This document shows, one piece after another, positions 10,840-20,705 of a stretch of DNA of 64,000 nucleotides. The DNA is from Alphaproteobacteria bacterium (GTDB lineage Bacteria; Pseudomonadota; Alphaproteobacteria; UBA828): the NCBI GenBank assembly GCA_965237415.1, contig CBDEFM010000002.1, forward strand, positions 3,328,001 to 3,392,000, written 5' to 3'. Position numbers and translations under genes: made by a program. Below the pieces are notes generated by a model. The model did not search any database. It saw only the letters and a list, made by a program, of their open reading frames with translations, and was not told the DNA's origin. Each line of letters begins with the position of its first letter. Positions within the stretch are counted from its first letter, which is position 1.

Positions 10840-11684
10840 ATCATGCTCCCAAGCTCGGCAAGCGTGCGCGCCGTCAGCGTGCGGGCGGCGTCGAGGCGAT
10901 AGGCGGCGGAGCCTCGCGCATCGTCAATCGGCGCTAGGGGTGCCATGTGCGCGTCCGTCACAGCGTCGCCGAGCGCCGCGTCGCACGGGTGGCCGAGGAG
11001 CGCCTCCTCCAGCGCCGATAGCCGGCGCGCGACCGGTGAGCAGGCACCGACCGCGACCTGGGCGCGGGCAACGCGGTCAGCCGCGTCGGCCTCCAGCACG
11101 GCTGCCACCATCACGATGGAGATCACCAGATAACGCCGGGTGCCGAGCTTGAGGAAGTGCCCGCGCGCCCGTTCGGCGCGAGGCTTAGGGATGCGGACCG
11201 CCACCATGAGCTGGTCGGGCCCAAGCGTCGTCTCCCGATTGCCGCGCACGAAGTCGGCGAGCGGCATCGTCTCGCGCCGCTCCAACGAGGCGAGCTCCAC
11301 CTCGGCGTCCAGGCTGAGAAGCACCGGCACGCCGTCCGCTGCCGGCGAGGCGTTGCACAGATTGCCGCAGAGCGTGCCGGCGTTTTGCACCTGACGGCCG
11401 CCGATCTCGCGGGCGGCGAGCTTCAGGCCATCGAACCAGGGGGGCAGGTCCGCATGGACCAGGTCGGTCCAGGTCGCGAGCGCCGGAATGCGCCAGTGAT
11501 CGTCCCGCTCCTCGATCGCGCAGAGCGCGGGGAGGGCGGTGATGTCGAGCACGTCGTCGTCGAGCGGCGCACCCACCCGCGCGGGGTAGAAGTCGGTGCC
11601 GCCGGCCAGCACCGTGAGCCGGCGGCTGCTCAGCGCCGCGAGCGCATCGTCAAGCGCGGTGGGTCGCAGGTATCCCGGCATCAC
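10836..11684 (-). CDS. FAD-binding subunit of xanthine dehydrogenase family
   Basis: LAGGTD, QVQNAGTLCGNLCNASPAAD and PIDDARGSAAYR motifs. Confidence 0.9.
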   Translation of the reverse strand: MMPGYLRPTALDDALAALSSRRLTVLAGGTDFYPARVGAPLDDDVLDITALPALCAIEERDDHWRIPALATWTDLVHADLPPWFDGLKLAAREIGGRQVQNAGTLCGNLCNASPAADGVPVLLSLDAEVELASLERRETMPLADFVRGNRETTLGPDQLMVAVRIPKPRAERARGHFLKLGTRRYLVISIVMVAAVLEADAADRVARAQVAVGACSPVARRLSALEEALLGHPCDAALGDAVTDAHMAPLAPIDDARGSAAYRLDAARTLTARTLAELGSMM

Positions 11685-11815
11685 GGCAGTCTCATTCCCG
11701 TGCCCATGATACCGGAGAGGACGGCTCCCGGCGCGTTCCCCCTGCGCCAGTCAACGCGCCGCGCGATCCCGCCCGGCAAGGGCGTGGCCCGGAGCGTTCT
11801 CGTCAGGCGCTCGCG

Positions 11816-12451
11816 TCAGCTGCCGGGGTCGGGGAGCTCGTCCCCGTAAAGCCACGGCCGGGCGGTCTTCTGCTTCGCCTCGAAAGCGTCGATCTCGGCG
11901 GCCTTGGCCATCGTAATGCCGATGTCGTCGAGCCCGTTCAGCAGACGGTGCTTGCGGAAGGGCTCGATCTCGAAACCGATGGTGGCGCCGCTCGACCGCG
12001 TGATCGTCTGCGCCTCCAGATCGACCGTCATCCGGCAGGTCTGAGAGTTGCCGGCGTCGTCCATCAGTGCATTCGCGTCGTCATCGCCCAGCGTGACGAG
12101 GAGGATGCCGTTCTTCACGCAGTTGTTGAAGAAGATGTCGGCGAAGCTCGGCGCGATCACGCAGCGGATGCCGAAATCCTCGAGCGACCAGGGGGCGTGC
12201 TCGCGGCTCGACCCGCAGCCGAAATTCTGGCCCGCGACCAGGATGCGGGCCTCGCGCCAGGGCGCCCGGTTGAGGACGAAGTCCGGGACCTCCTTGTCCT
12301 CCATGTCGTAACGGAAGTCGTGGAAGAGCCCTTTGCCGAGCCCGGCGCGGCTGATCGCGGTGAGGTACTGTTTGGGAATCAGCTGGTCGGTGTCGACGTT
12401 GATCATCGGCAGCGCCGCCGCCGGGCCGGAGAGGGTCGTGAAGGTCCGCAT
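11816..12451 (-). CDS. leuD: 3-isopropylmalate dehydratase small subunit
   Basis: [13 protein letters not shown] and [13 protein letters not shown] motifs. Confidence 0.97.
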   Translation of the reverse strand: MRTFTTLSGPAAALPMINVDTDQLIPKQYLTAISRAGLGKGLFHDFRYDMEDKEVPDFVLNRAPWREARILVAGQNFGCGSSREHAPWSLEDFGIRCVIAPSFADIFFNNCVKNGILLVTLGDDDANALMDDAGNSQTCRMTVDLEAQTITRSSGATIGFEIEPFRKHRLLNGLDDIGITMAKAAEIDAFEAKQKTARPWLYGDELPDPGS

Positions 12452-12463
12452 ATCGGGCCCTCC

Positions 12464-13882
12464 TCAGGACAAGAGCGCGCGGACGTCGACGAAACGTCCG
12501 CTGACGGCGGCGGCGGCGGCCATCGCCGGGCTCACCAGATGGGTGCGCCCGCCGCGGCCCTGGCGGCCCTTGAAATTGCGGTTGGAGGTGGACGCGCAGC
12601 GCTCGCCCGGTGCGAGCTTGTCGTCGTTCATGGCGATGCACATGGAGCAGCCCGCGTCCCGCCACTCGAAGCCGGCGTCGAGGAAGATGCGGTCGAGCCC
12701 TTCCTCCTCGGCCTGGCGCTTCACCAGGCCGGAGCCCGGCACCACCATGGCGCCCACGCTTGCCGGCACCCTGCGCCCCTTGGCGACGGCGGCGGCGGCG
12801 CGCAGATCCTCGATCCGACCGTTTGTGCAGGAGCCGATGAAGACCCGATCCACGGCCACGCCCTCGATGGGCGTGTCGGGCTCGAGCGCCATATAGTCGA
12901 GGGCCTGGGAGATCGCCTCGCGGTGCATCTCGTCGGTCGCTGCGGCCGGGTCGGGCGTCCGCCCCGTCACCGGGATCACGTCCTCCGGGCTCGTGCCCCA
13001 GGTGATCTGCGGCGCGATGTCCTGCGCATCGATTTTGGCTTCCTTGTCGTAGGCCGCGCCTTCGTCGGAGGCGAGCGTCCGCCAATGGTCCATGGCCTGG
13101 TCCCACGCCGCGCCCGACGGCGCCATCGGGCGGCCCTTGAGATAGGCGAAGGTGGTCTCGTCCGGCGCGATGAGCCCTGCGCGCGCGCCGCCTTCGATGG
13201 TCATGTTGCAGACCGTCATCCGCCCTTCCATGGAAAGCGCGCGGATCGCGGGGCCGGCGTACTCGACGACATGGCCGGTGCCGCCTGCGGTGCCGATCTC
13301 GCCGATGATGGCGAGGATCATGTCCTTGCCGGTGATGCCCGCGGGCAGGTCGCCGGCGACCGTGATGCGCATGTTGCGCGGGCGCTTCTGGTTCAGCGTC
13401 TGGGTCGCGAGCACATGCTCGACCTCGCTGGAGCCGATGCCGAAGGCGAGGCAGCCGAAGGCGCCATGGGTGGCGGTGTGGCTGTCGCCGCAGACGAGCG
13501 TCGCCCCCGGCAGCGTCAGGCCCTGCTCCGGCCCGATGATGTGGACGATGCCCTGGCGCACATCCGTCAGCGGGATCAGGGGGACTCCGAACCTCTCGCA
13601 GTTCGCGATCAGCGCCTCCACCTGGCTGCGCCCGAGGGGGTCGCCGATGCCTTCGACGCCGGCCGCGCGGCCCCTGGTCGGGATCGAATGGTCGGGCACG
13701 CCCAGAGTGGCGTCGGGGCGGCGCACCGGGCGCCCGTCCTCGGCCATGCGCTCGAAGCCGGTCCAGCTCGTCACCTCGTGGATGAGGTGCTTGTCGACAT
13801 AGAGGAGCGTGGTGCCGTCGTCGTTCTCGGCCACCACGTGGCTCTCCCAGATTTTGTCGAACAGGGTCTTGGGGCCACTCAT
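12464..13882 (-). CDS. leuC: 3-isopropylmalate dehydratase large subunit
   Basis: HEVTS, CGDSHT, IGSCTN, GCSMC and STSNRNF motifs. Confidence 0.98.
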   Translation of the reverse strand: MSGPKTLFDKIWESHVVAENDDGTTLLYVDKHLIHEVTSWTGFERMAEDGRPVRRPDATLGVPDHSIPTRGRAAGVEGIGDPLGRSQVEALIANCERFGVPLIPLTDVRQGIVHIIGPEQGLTLPGATLVCGDSHTATHGAFGCLAFGIGSSEVEHVLATQTLNQKRPRNMRITVAGDLPAGITGKDMILAIIGEIGTAGGTGHVVEYAGPAIRALSMEGRMTVCNMTIEGGARAGLIAPDETTFAYLKGRPMAPSGAAWDQAMDHWRTLASDEGAAYDKEAKIDAQDIAPQITWGTSPEDVIPVTGRTPDPAAATDEMHREAISQALDYMALEPDTPIEGVAVDRVFIGSCTNGRIEDLRAAAAVAKGRRVPASVGAMVVPGSGLVKRQAEEEGLDRIFLDAGFEWRDAGCSMCIAMNDDKLAPGERCASTSNRNFKGRQGRGGRTHLVSPAMAAAAAVSGRFVDVRALLS

Positions 13883-13913
13883 CGGTGTCCTCCCGCGGCG
13901 ATGGCGAGGCCGG

Positions 13914-14330
13914 TCAATCGGCAGGTGCGGCGGTTTCCCGGGACTTGGCGGCGGCCTTCTTCGCGCCGCGGTCGTCGCGCTTCTCGCGGATGCGGGCCGA
14001 TTTGCCGCGCCGGCCGCGCAGATAGTAGAGCTTGGCCCGGCGCACCGCCCCCCGCTTCATCACCTCGATCTTCGCGATGCGCGGCGAATGCAGCGGAAAG
14101 ATCCGCTCTACCCCCTCGCCATAGGAGATCTTGCGGACGGTGAAGGAGGAGTTGAGGCTCCGGTTCCGCCGGGCGATGCAGACGCCCTCGAACACCTGCA
14201 CCCGCTCGCGGGTCCCTTCCACCACCTTGACGTGGACGCGGAGCGTATCGCCGGGCCCGAACACCGGGACCTCCCGCGCCTCCACGAGCTTCTCCACGGC
14301 TTCGGCGTTCAGCTGCTCGATCATGTTCAC
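13914..14330 (-). CDS. rplS: 50S ribosomal protein L19
   Basis: [25 protein letters not shown] and [10 protein letters not shown]; GTG start chosen manually. Confidence 0.97.
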   Translation of the reverse strand: MNMIEQLNAEAVEKLVEAREVPVFGPGDTLRVHVKVVEGTRERVQVFEGVCIARRNRSLNSSFTVRKISYGEGVERIFPLHSPRIAKIEVMKRGAVRRAKLYYLRGRRGKSARIREKRDDRGAKKAAAKSRETAAPAD

Positions 14331-14340
14331 GGCACTATCC

Positions 14341-15144
14341 TCACGGTCTTGGGCGCGTCGCGCCCGCTGGCGCGCCACTCATCGTCGCGCCCGCTGGCGC
14401 GCCCACACAGCGGCGCGCTTGATGGCGTGCCCACAGGTCGGCACGCCGTGTTCTGGTTACATGTTCCGCCTGCGCGCGGCGCCAGGCGTCGATGGCGCCG
14501 TGGTCGCCGGAGAGTAGAACCTCCGGCACGGCGCGGCCTTCGAAGAGGCGGGGGCGCGTGTATTGCGGGTATTCCAGCAGGTCGTCCTCGAAACTCTCCT
14601 CGACCAGCGACGAGGGCCGGCCGACCACGCCGGGCAGCAGCCGCACGCAGGCGTCGATCACCGCCATCGCGGCGATCTCCCCGCCCGAGAGCACGTAGTC
14701 GCCGACGCTGAGCTCGGTAACGCCACGGCCTTCCAGCACACGCTCGTCAACTCCCTCGAAACGGCCGCAGATCAACGTGATGCCGGGGCCGCCTGCCAAC
14801 GCCTTCACCTGCTCCTGAGTCAGCGGGGCACCGCGCGGCGAGAGCAGGAAGCGCGGCGCGCCACCCTCTGCCGGCCCAACGGAATCGATGGCCGCTGCCA
14901 GGACATCGGGGCGCATGACCATACCCGCCCCACCGCCGAACGGATGATCGTCGACGGTGCCGTGTTTATCGCGCGCAAAGCGGCGGATGTCCACCGTTTC
15001 CAGCCGCCAGAGGCCGGAATCGAGGCCGCGGCCGGCGAGCGCGGCGCCGAGCGGGCCCGGAAAGACCTCGGGGTAGAGGGTGAGCACCCGCGCCCACCAG
15101 GGCGGGGCGCTCGCCGGCCCGTCATCGCGCGGGCTGGCCGTCAC
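14341..15144 (-). CDS. trmD: tRNA (guanine37-N1)-methyltransferase
   Basis: [33 protein letters not shown] and LEYPQYTRP motifs. Confidence 0.97.
   Translation of the reverse strand: MTASPRDDGPASAPPWWARVLTLYPEVFPGPLGAALAGRGLDSGLWRLETVDIRRFARDKHGTVDDHPFGGGAGMVMRPDVLAAAIDSVGPAEGGAPRFLLSPRGAPLTQEQVKALAGGPGITLICGRFEGVDERVLEGRGVTELSVGDYVLSGGEIAAMAVIDACVRLLPGVVGRPSSLVEESFEDDLLEYPQYTRPRLFEGRAVPEVLLSGDHGAIDAWRRAQAEHVTRTRRADLWARHQARRCVGAPAGATMSGAPAGATRPRP
14356..14403. repeat. Two direct copies of CGTCGCGCCCGCTGGCGCGCC (27-bp period) at trmD 3' end
   Basis: Copies at 14356-14376 and 14383-14403, encoding GAPAGAT twice. Confidence 0.8.
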
Positions 15145-15740
15145 GAGCCGTCCTCCGCCGCAACGACGACGACCATGCGGCCGGCCTCTATATCGATGGC
15201 GGGCACATGCTCCCGCGTGAAGGGGACGAGGGTGGAGGGGCCGTCAGGCGGCTGAATCTCGACGATAGGCCCGGCGCCGTGATCGTGTATCGCGCTGACC
15301 CGGCCGAGGGCATCGCCATCTGCATTCTCTGCCCGAAGGCCGAGGAGATCGACGTGGTAGAACTCCTCGCCCTCCGTCGGCGGCAACGCCGCGCGCGCGA
15401 TATGGAGGTCGGTGCCGCGCAGCGCCTCCGCCCCGTTTCGGTCGTCCACGCCCTCGATGCAGGCGAGCAGCATGCCCTTGACGTGCCCGGTGACCGAAAG
15501 GGTGAAGCGCCGGGCGCCGGAAGCGTCGCTCAGCGCGCCGTAGGCGGTGAGGTCGTCCGGGTTCGCCGTATAGCTCTGCACGCGCACGATGCCGCGCACG
15601 CCGTGGGCACCCACGATCCGCCCGAGGCAGACCGTCTTCGCCCGACTTTCCCCTGCCGGTGCCGGCTCGATCGGCGCGGCAGCCCCGCCATGAGCGCCGG
15701 GTGCGGCCTCAGTCGGCGGCTTTCTCTTCGGCCTTGCCAT
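15141..15740 (-). CDS. rimM: Ribosome maturation factor RimM
   Basis: [23 protein letters not shown] and HGAG motifs; position between rpsP and trmD; start uncertain. Confidence 0.93.
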   Translation of the reverse strand: MARPKRKPPTEAAPGAHGGAAAPIEPAPAGESRAKTVCLGRIVGAHGVRGIVRVQSYTANPDDLTAYGALSDASGARRFTLSVTGHVKGMLLACIEGVDDRNGAEALRGTDLHIARAALPPTEGEEFYHVDLLGLRAENADGDALGRVSAIHDHGAGPIVEIQPPDGPSTLVPFTREHVPAIDIEAGRMVVVVAAEDGS

Positions 15741-16323
15741 CGCCTGTGCTGGCCTCGTCGGCGGCGGACTCCTCGGGCGCAGCCTCACCGGCGGCGGCCT
15801 CTTCGGGTGCGGCCTCATCGGCGGCGGCCTCTTCGGGTGCGGCCTCTGCGGGGGCAGCTTCCTCGGGAGCAGCCTCTTCGGGAGCAGCTTCCTCGGGAGC
15901 AGCTTCCTCGGGAGTAGCCTCTTCGGGGGCAGCTTCCTCGGGCGCGGCCTCTGCGGGGGCTTCCGCCTGGGCGCTGGCAGCCGCCGCGGCCTTCTCGGCC
16001 CGTGCCGCCTGGCGCTCCAGCGCCTTCGCCTTGGGTTGGGCCTTCTGAGGATTGTTGCGCTGCGCCGGCATCGGAATGATCTCGGCGGCGCCGAGGAAGC
16101 GCGCGACGCGGTCCGACGGCAGCGCGCCGACGTCGAGCCAGTGGCGCACGCGCTCGACATTGAGGCGCACACGCTCCGGATGGTCCTTCGGCAGCATCGG
16201 GTCGAAGGTCCCGAGCCTTTCCAGGAAGCGGCCGTCGCGGGGCTTGCGGCTGTCGGCCACGACGACACGGTAGAACGGGCGCTTCTTGGCGCCCGCGCGG
16301 GATAGGCGAATCTTCAGTGCCAT
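15709..16323 (-). CDS. rpsP: 30S ribosomal protein S16 with long acidic low-complexity tail
   Basis: [26 protein letters not shown]...ERLGTFDP. Confidence 0.97.
   Translation of the reverse strand: MALKIRLSRAGAKKRPFYRVVVADSRKPRDGRFLERLGTFDPMLPKDHPERVRLNVERVRHWLDVGALPSDRVARFLGAAEIIPMPAQRNNPQKAQPKAKALERQAARAEKAAAAASAQAEAPAEAAPEEAAPEEATPEEAAPEEAAPEEAAPEEAAPAEAAPEEAAADEAAPEEAAAGEAAPEESAADEASTGDGKAEEKAAD
15760..15960. repeat. Degenerate 15-bp tandem repeat encoding EEAAP-type pentapeptides in rpsP
   Basis: Repeated GCAGCTTCCTCGGGA / GCGGCCTCTTCGGGT units. Confidence 0.85.
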
Positions 16324-16356
16324 GCTCTCTCCACTCCTTTTGCCGGAGGTTAGGGG

Positions 16357-17712
16357 TCAGCGGGGCGGCATCAGACCGGGTATTCCGGCCCGCATGAGGC
16401 CTTTCTCGCCCAGCTTGTTCGCCCGCTTCATCACGAGGTTCATCTGCTTCACCTGCTTGAGCAGGCGGTTCACGTCCTGCACGGCGGTGCCCGAGCCCCC
16501 GGCGACACGCCGCTTGCGCGAACTGTTCAGCACCTTCGGGTTGCGCCGCTCGGCGGGCGTCATCGAGCTGATGATCGCCTGCTGGCGGTCGAGCAGCTTC
16601 ACGTCGACATTGGCCTCCGCGAGCTGGCGCTTCACCTTGCCGACGCCTGGCAGCATGCCGAGCAGCCCTTCCATGCCGCCCATCTTCCGCACCTGCTGGA
16701 TCTGCTTCGAGAGATCGTCGAGGTCGAAGCCGCCCTTTTTGGCCTTCCGCGCAAGGCGCACGGCCTCTTCGCGATCGATCGTCTCCTGCGCCCTCTCGAC
16801 CAGCGAGACCACGTCGCCCATGCCGAGGATGCGGGACGCGATCCGGTCCGGGTGGAAGGGCTCGATGGCGTCGAGCTTCTCGCCGACGCCGATGAGCTTG
16901 ATTGGGCAGCCGGTCACCGCGCGCATGCTGAGCGCGGCACCCCCGCGCCCGTCGCCATCCACCCTGGTGAGCGCGATGCCGGTGAGGCCGATCCGCTCAT
17001 GGAAGGTGCCGGCGCTGGTGACGGCGTCCTGGCCGGTCAGCGCGTCCGCCACGAGCAGAGTCTCCGCCGGCGTGGCGATGTCGCGCACCGCCGCGCATTC
17101 GGCCATCAGCTCGTCGTCCACGTGGAGGCGGCCGGCGGTATCGAGCAGGACCACATCGTGCCCCTCCTGCGCACCCGCCTTCATCGCGCGCCGCGCAATC
17201 GCGACCGCCGTCTCGCCGGGGACGACCGGCAACACGTCGACCTCGGCCAGCACGCCGAGCGTCGCCAGCTGCTCCATGGCTGCTGGCCGGCTGGTGTCGA
17301 GCGAGGCCATCAATACGCGCTTCTTGTGGCTCACGCGCAGGAAGCGGCCGAGCTTGGCAGTCGTGGTGGTCTTGCCGGAGCCCTGGAGGCCCACCAAGAG
17401 GACCGCCGCGGGCGGGCTGGCGGCGGCGATGGCGATCTCGGCGGTCTCGCCGCCCAGCATCTCGACCAGGTGATCGTTCACGATCTTGATCACCTGCTGG
17501 CCGGGCGCGACGCTCTTCAGCACGTCGCCGCCGACCGCCTTCGCGCTCACGCCAGCGATGAAGTCCTTGACGACCGGGAGCGCCACGTCCGCCTCAAGCA
17601 GGGCGATCCGCACGTCGCGGAGCGCGGCGCTCACGTCCGCCTCGCTCAGCGCACCGCGCCGAGTCAGCGTCTCGAAGACCCCGTTGAGCCTGGATGACAG
17701 ACTGTCGAACAC
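16357..17712 (-). CDS. ffh: Signal recognition particle protein Ffh
   Basis: ALLEADV, GLQGSGKTTT, DTAGR and SSMTPAER motifs; GTG start. Confidence 0.98.
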   Translation of the reverse strand: MFDSLSSRLNGVFETLTRRGALSEADVSAALRDVRIALLEADVALPVVKDFIAGVSAKAVGGDVLKSVAPGQQVIKIVNDHLVEMLGGETAEIAIAAASPPAAVLLVGLQGSGKTTTTAKLGRFLRVSHKKRVLMASLDTSRPAAMEQLATLGVLAEVDVLPVVPGETAVAIARRAMKAGAQEGHDVVLLDTAGRLHVDDELMAECAAVRDIATPAETLLVADALTGQDAVTSAGTFHERIGLTGIALTRVDGDGRGGAALSMRAVTGCPIKLIGVGEKLDAIEPFHPDRIASRILGMGDVVSLVERAQETIDREEAVRLARKAKKGGFDLDDLSKQIQQVRKMGGMEGLLGMLPGVGKVKRQLAEANVDVKLLDRQQAIISSMTPAERRNPKVLNSSRKRRVAGGSGTAVQDVNRLLKQVKQMNLVMKRANKLGEKGLMRAGIPGLMPPR

Positions 17713-17733
17713 GCGCCGCTCCCGCCCCAACGA

Positions 17734-17795
17734 GCCCAGCGCCGGTGCGCGAAACTCGCGGACCGGCGTCCCTCCTCGAAGGGTGGCCTGTTACA
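17734..17795 (-). ncRNA. Alphaproteobacterial ffh leader RNA motif
   Basis: Hairpin CGCCGGTCCGCGAGTTTCGCGCACCGGCG just upstream of ffh, with the GAGTTTCGCGC core recalled for this motif; ends approximate. Confidence 0.7.
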
Positions 17796-17978
17796 ACCTC
17801 TCGAAGCGGGCGGACTCTAGCCCGAAATTCTCACCAATGTCACGGTCTGCGTCGCGGAACGCGCGCGGAGCGCACGAAGCGCGGCACGCAAGCGTCTGCC
17901 TCGGCGCTTGAGATCGTGTCAGTCGGCGCGCGGGTCTGGCGCCGACCGACGCTCCAGCTTGTTGACGTTGAACACGTC

Positions 17979-18857
17979 TCAGAGGTCGTCGTTCCGCACC
18001 GAGCCACATCCGGCGCTCTCATTGCCGATCGCGGCCGGACTCCATGTCACCGGTGCGCTCAACGGTGAGGCGACCGGCCTCTCCCCCCGGCGGGTCACAC
18101 GATCGAAGACCTCGCGGTAGTCCGGATGCTCCGTGCCGGCCAGGCGATCCCACCAGGTAAAATAGAGGCCGTAATTGGACCCCATGGAGCTGTGATGAAG
18201 GTCGTGATGTGTGTTCGTGGTCAAGACACCGAGCACCGCATGCGCCGGCATGCCTCGCGGAAACAGCTCGAAGCCGCTGTGGCCGACAACGTTCCGGACG
18301 ATCATGTGGAGCATGAACAGGTATATGACCGTGACGTGCAGCGGCAGGACAAATATGAGGATTGTCAGGAACATCGCCTGAATCACGGCCTCCACGGGCG
18401 CAAAGGCATACGCCGCCCAGGGCGACGGGCTGTGCGATTCATGATGCAGCCGGTGAAACCGCTCGAACATGCGCGGATGGTGCATCAGGCGATGCGTCCA
18501 GTAGAAATAGGCATCGTGAAGCACGATGGCCACGGCCAGACTGAAGGCGCCGTAAAGCCAGCCGTAATCCGCGAAATCCGTGTAAATGAGCGTCCAGCCG
18601 TTCGCCATCGAGACGTAGATGAAGACGCCGTTAAGCGCAAAGATGAACGCCGTGAGAAGCGAATAGAATACCTCGCGCCGGATCGCGTGGGACGGCGCGA
18701 AGCCAGGCTGAATCTTGCGCCGGCGGAAGGGATTACCCTTCCAGACGTAGAGGGCCAGAAACGCGACACCCGCCGGAACGACAATGAGCAGAAGGTGCGC
18801 AGCGAGAATCGTGGGCCACGCCGGCAAGGCCGTGCTCAAGTCTTCGAAACCGGCCAT
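17979..18857 (-). CDS. Sterol desaturase / fatty acid hydroxylase family membrane protein
   Basis: His boxes HDAYFYWTHRLMH, HRLHH and HHDLHH; NYGLYFTWWDR. Confidence 0.9.
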   Translation of the reverse strand: MAGFEDLSTALPAWPTILAAHLLLIVVPAGVAFLALYVWKGNPFRRRKIQPGFAPSHAIRREVFYSLLTAFIFALNGVFIYVSMANGWTLIYTDFADYGWLYGAFSLAVAIVLHDAYFYWTHRLMHHPRMFERFHRLHHESHSPSPWAAYAFAPVEAVIQAMFLTILIFVLPLHVTVIYLFMLHMIVRNVVGHSGFELFPRGMPAHAVLGVLTTNTHHDLHHSSMGSNYGLYFTWWDRLAGTEHPDYREVFDRVTRRGERPVASPLSAPVTWSPAAIGNESAGCGSVRNDDL

Positions 18858-19101
18858 GGCTGTCCTTTTTCTTTGGGTCTGGAAACCCCGCAGTTCGAGG
18901 TGCGGGCGGCGGACGTGCCTTCCTCGGTGAGGAGGCTGGCCGGCGGAACCTTAGCTTACGTGGCGATGGTTAGCCATGCGACGACAACGAGGGAGACGCA
19001 CGAGACCATGTGTCAGGCGGAAAAGGGGCACTCCCTGCGGTTACCCAACAGCCGCGATCAGGAGCACCCCATTCTCCCCGACACACATCTCGTGACGTTG
19101 C

Positions 19102-19962
19102 TCACGCCCCTAAGAAGAGGCGCCCGACCTCCGGGTCTTCGAGCAAGGCGCTGCCGGGGCCGGCCATGGCGAGGCGCCCAGAGACGAGGACGTAGCCGAT
19201 ATCGGCGAACTCGAGCCCTTTCTTTGCGTTCTGCTCGACCATCACGATGGTCTTGCCGTCGCGGTGCTGAAGGTCCGCCAGGATCTCGAACACCATGTCG
19301 ATGAAGCGGGGCTCGAGCCCGATGGAGGGCTCGTCAACCAGCAGCACTTCCGGCTCCATGATCAGCGCGCGGGAGATTTCGAGCAGGCGGCGCTCGCCGC
19401 CGGAGAGCACGCCGGCCCTGCGGTGCCGTCGCCGGGCCAGCGTCTCGTAACGGTCGAACACGCGCTCGGCCGCCTGCCTCGCTGCGCCGCGCTTGTTGAG
19501 CAGGAAGCCCCCCATAAGCAGGTTCTCCTCCACCGTCATGTCGGGGAAGACGGAGTTGTCCTGCAGCACATAGGCGACGCCGGCGTCGGCGAGGCGGCGG
19601 CTGGAGGCGAGGCGGGTGACGTCGCTCCCGCCCACGTGAATGCTGCCGGCCATCACGTCGGCGAAGCCGAAGGCGGAATGGAGCACGGTCGACTTGCCGG
19701 CACCGTTGGGGCCGATGAGGCAGAGCGACTGGCCCTGGCCTGCGACGAGGTCGATGCCGTGGAGGATCTCCATGCGGCCGTAGCCTGCGCGCAAGCCCCG
19801 AATGTCGATGGCGGGCTCGCCCTGGCAGAGCGCCTCCAGGTCCTGCCGTGCGGGCCCTTCGCCTGCGAGCTCCCGCGCGGCCTCCTCCACCGCATCCACC
19901 GATAGCGCGGTCTCGAAGTCCATCGGCACGTCGGCGGGCGTGGCGGGGCGCGGCGGGCTCAT
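19102..19962 (-). CDS. Branched-chain amino acid ABC transporter ATPase (LivF-like)
   Basis: GPNGAGKST, LSGGE, DEPSIGL and VEQN motifs. Confidence 0.9.
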   Translation of the reverse strand: MSPPRPATPADVPMDFETALSVDAVEEAARELAGEGPARQDLEALCQGEPAIDIRGLRAGYGRMEILHGIDLVAGQGQSLCLIGPNGAGKSTVLHSAFGFADVMAGSIHVGGSDVTRLASSRRLADAGVAYVLQDNSVFPDMTVEENLLMGGFLLNKRGAARQAAERVFDRYETLARRRHRRAGVLSGGERRLLEISRALIMEPEVLLVDEPSIGLEPRFIDMVFEILADLQHRDGKTIVMVEQNAKKGLEFADIGYVLVSGRLAMAGPGSALLEDPEVGRLFLGA

Positions 19963-20705
19963 CAGCGCGCCCCCAGATAGGCGTCGATCACGCGCTGATC
20001 GTTGCGCAGCGCGTCGGGCGGGCCGCTCGCCAGCAGGCGCCCGTGGGCCAGGCAATGGATGTGCTCGGCCAGGCTCATGATGACGCGCATGTTGTGCTCG
20101 ATGACGAAGAGCGTGACGCCGAACTCCCGGTTGGCGCGCTGCAGCCGCTCGATCACACCGTTGATCAAGGTCGGGTTGATGCCTGCCGTCGGCTCGTCGA
20201 GCAGCAGCATGCGGGGCCGCACCATCAGCGCCATCGCAAGCTCCAGCAGCTTCCGCTGGCCGAAGGAAAGCTCGCCCGCCATCAGGTGACGCTTGCCGTA
20301 AAGGCCGCAAAAGGCGAGCAGCGCCTCCGCCCGCTCGCGCGTCTCGGCCGAGACCGGCCGCATGAGCTGGAAGAGCCCGTGCCCCGCTTCGGCGTCGCTG
20401 ATCGCCATGTTCTGCAGGCCCGTCATCCGCACGAAGACATGGGTCTGCTGGAAGGTGCGGATCAGCCCGAGGCGCGCGATCTCGGCCGTGCGCAGGCGCG
20501 TGATCTCGCGGTCCTCGAAGCGGATCGAGCCGCCGTCGACCGGGTGGTAGCCGACGATGGAGTTGAACAGCGTCGACTTGCCCGATCCGTTCGGCCCGAT
20601 CAGGCCCACCACCATGCCCTCCGGCACCTCGAACGAGATGTCGTCGTTGGCCGTGATCCCGCCGAAGCGCTTGGAGGCGCCCTGGATCGTGAGCTGCGCG
20701 CTCAT
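19962..20705 (-). CDS. Branched-chain amino acid ABC transporter ATPase (LivG-like)
   Basis: GPNGSGKST, LSFGQ, DEPTAG and VIDAYLG motifs. Confidence 0.9.
   Translation of the reverse strand: MSAQLTIQGASKRFGGITANDDISFEVPEGMVVGLIGPNGSGKSTLFNSIVGYHPVDGGSIRFEDREITRLRTAEIARLGLIRTFQQTHVFVRMTGLQNMAISDAEAGHGLFQLMRPVSAETRERAEALLAFCGLYGKRHLMAGELSFGQRKLLELAMALMVRPRMLLLDEPTAGINPTLINGVIERLQRANREFGVTLFVIEHNMRVIMSLAEHIHCLAHGRLLASGPPDALRNDQRVIDAYLGAR

Noticed and set aside
15760-15960. Possible CRISPR or non-coding repeat array
   Set aside because: Units are 15 bp, contiguous, spacer-free and in frame within rpsP; no cas genes are in the window
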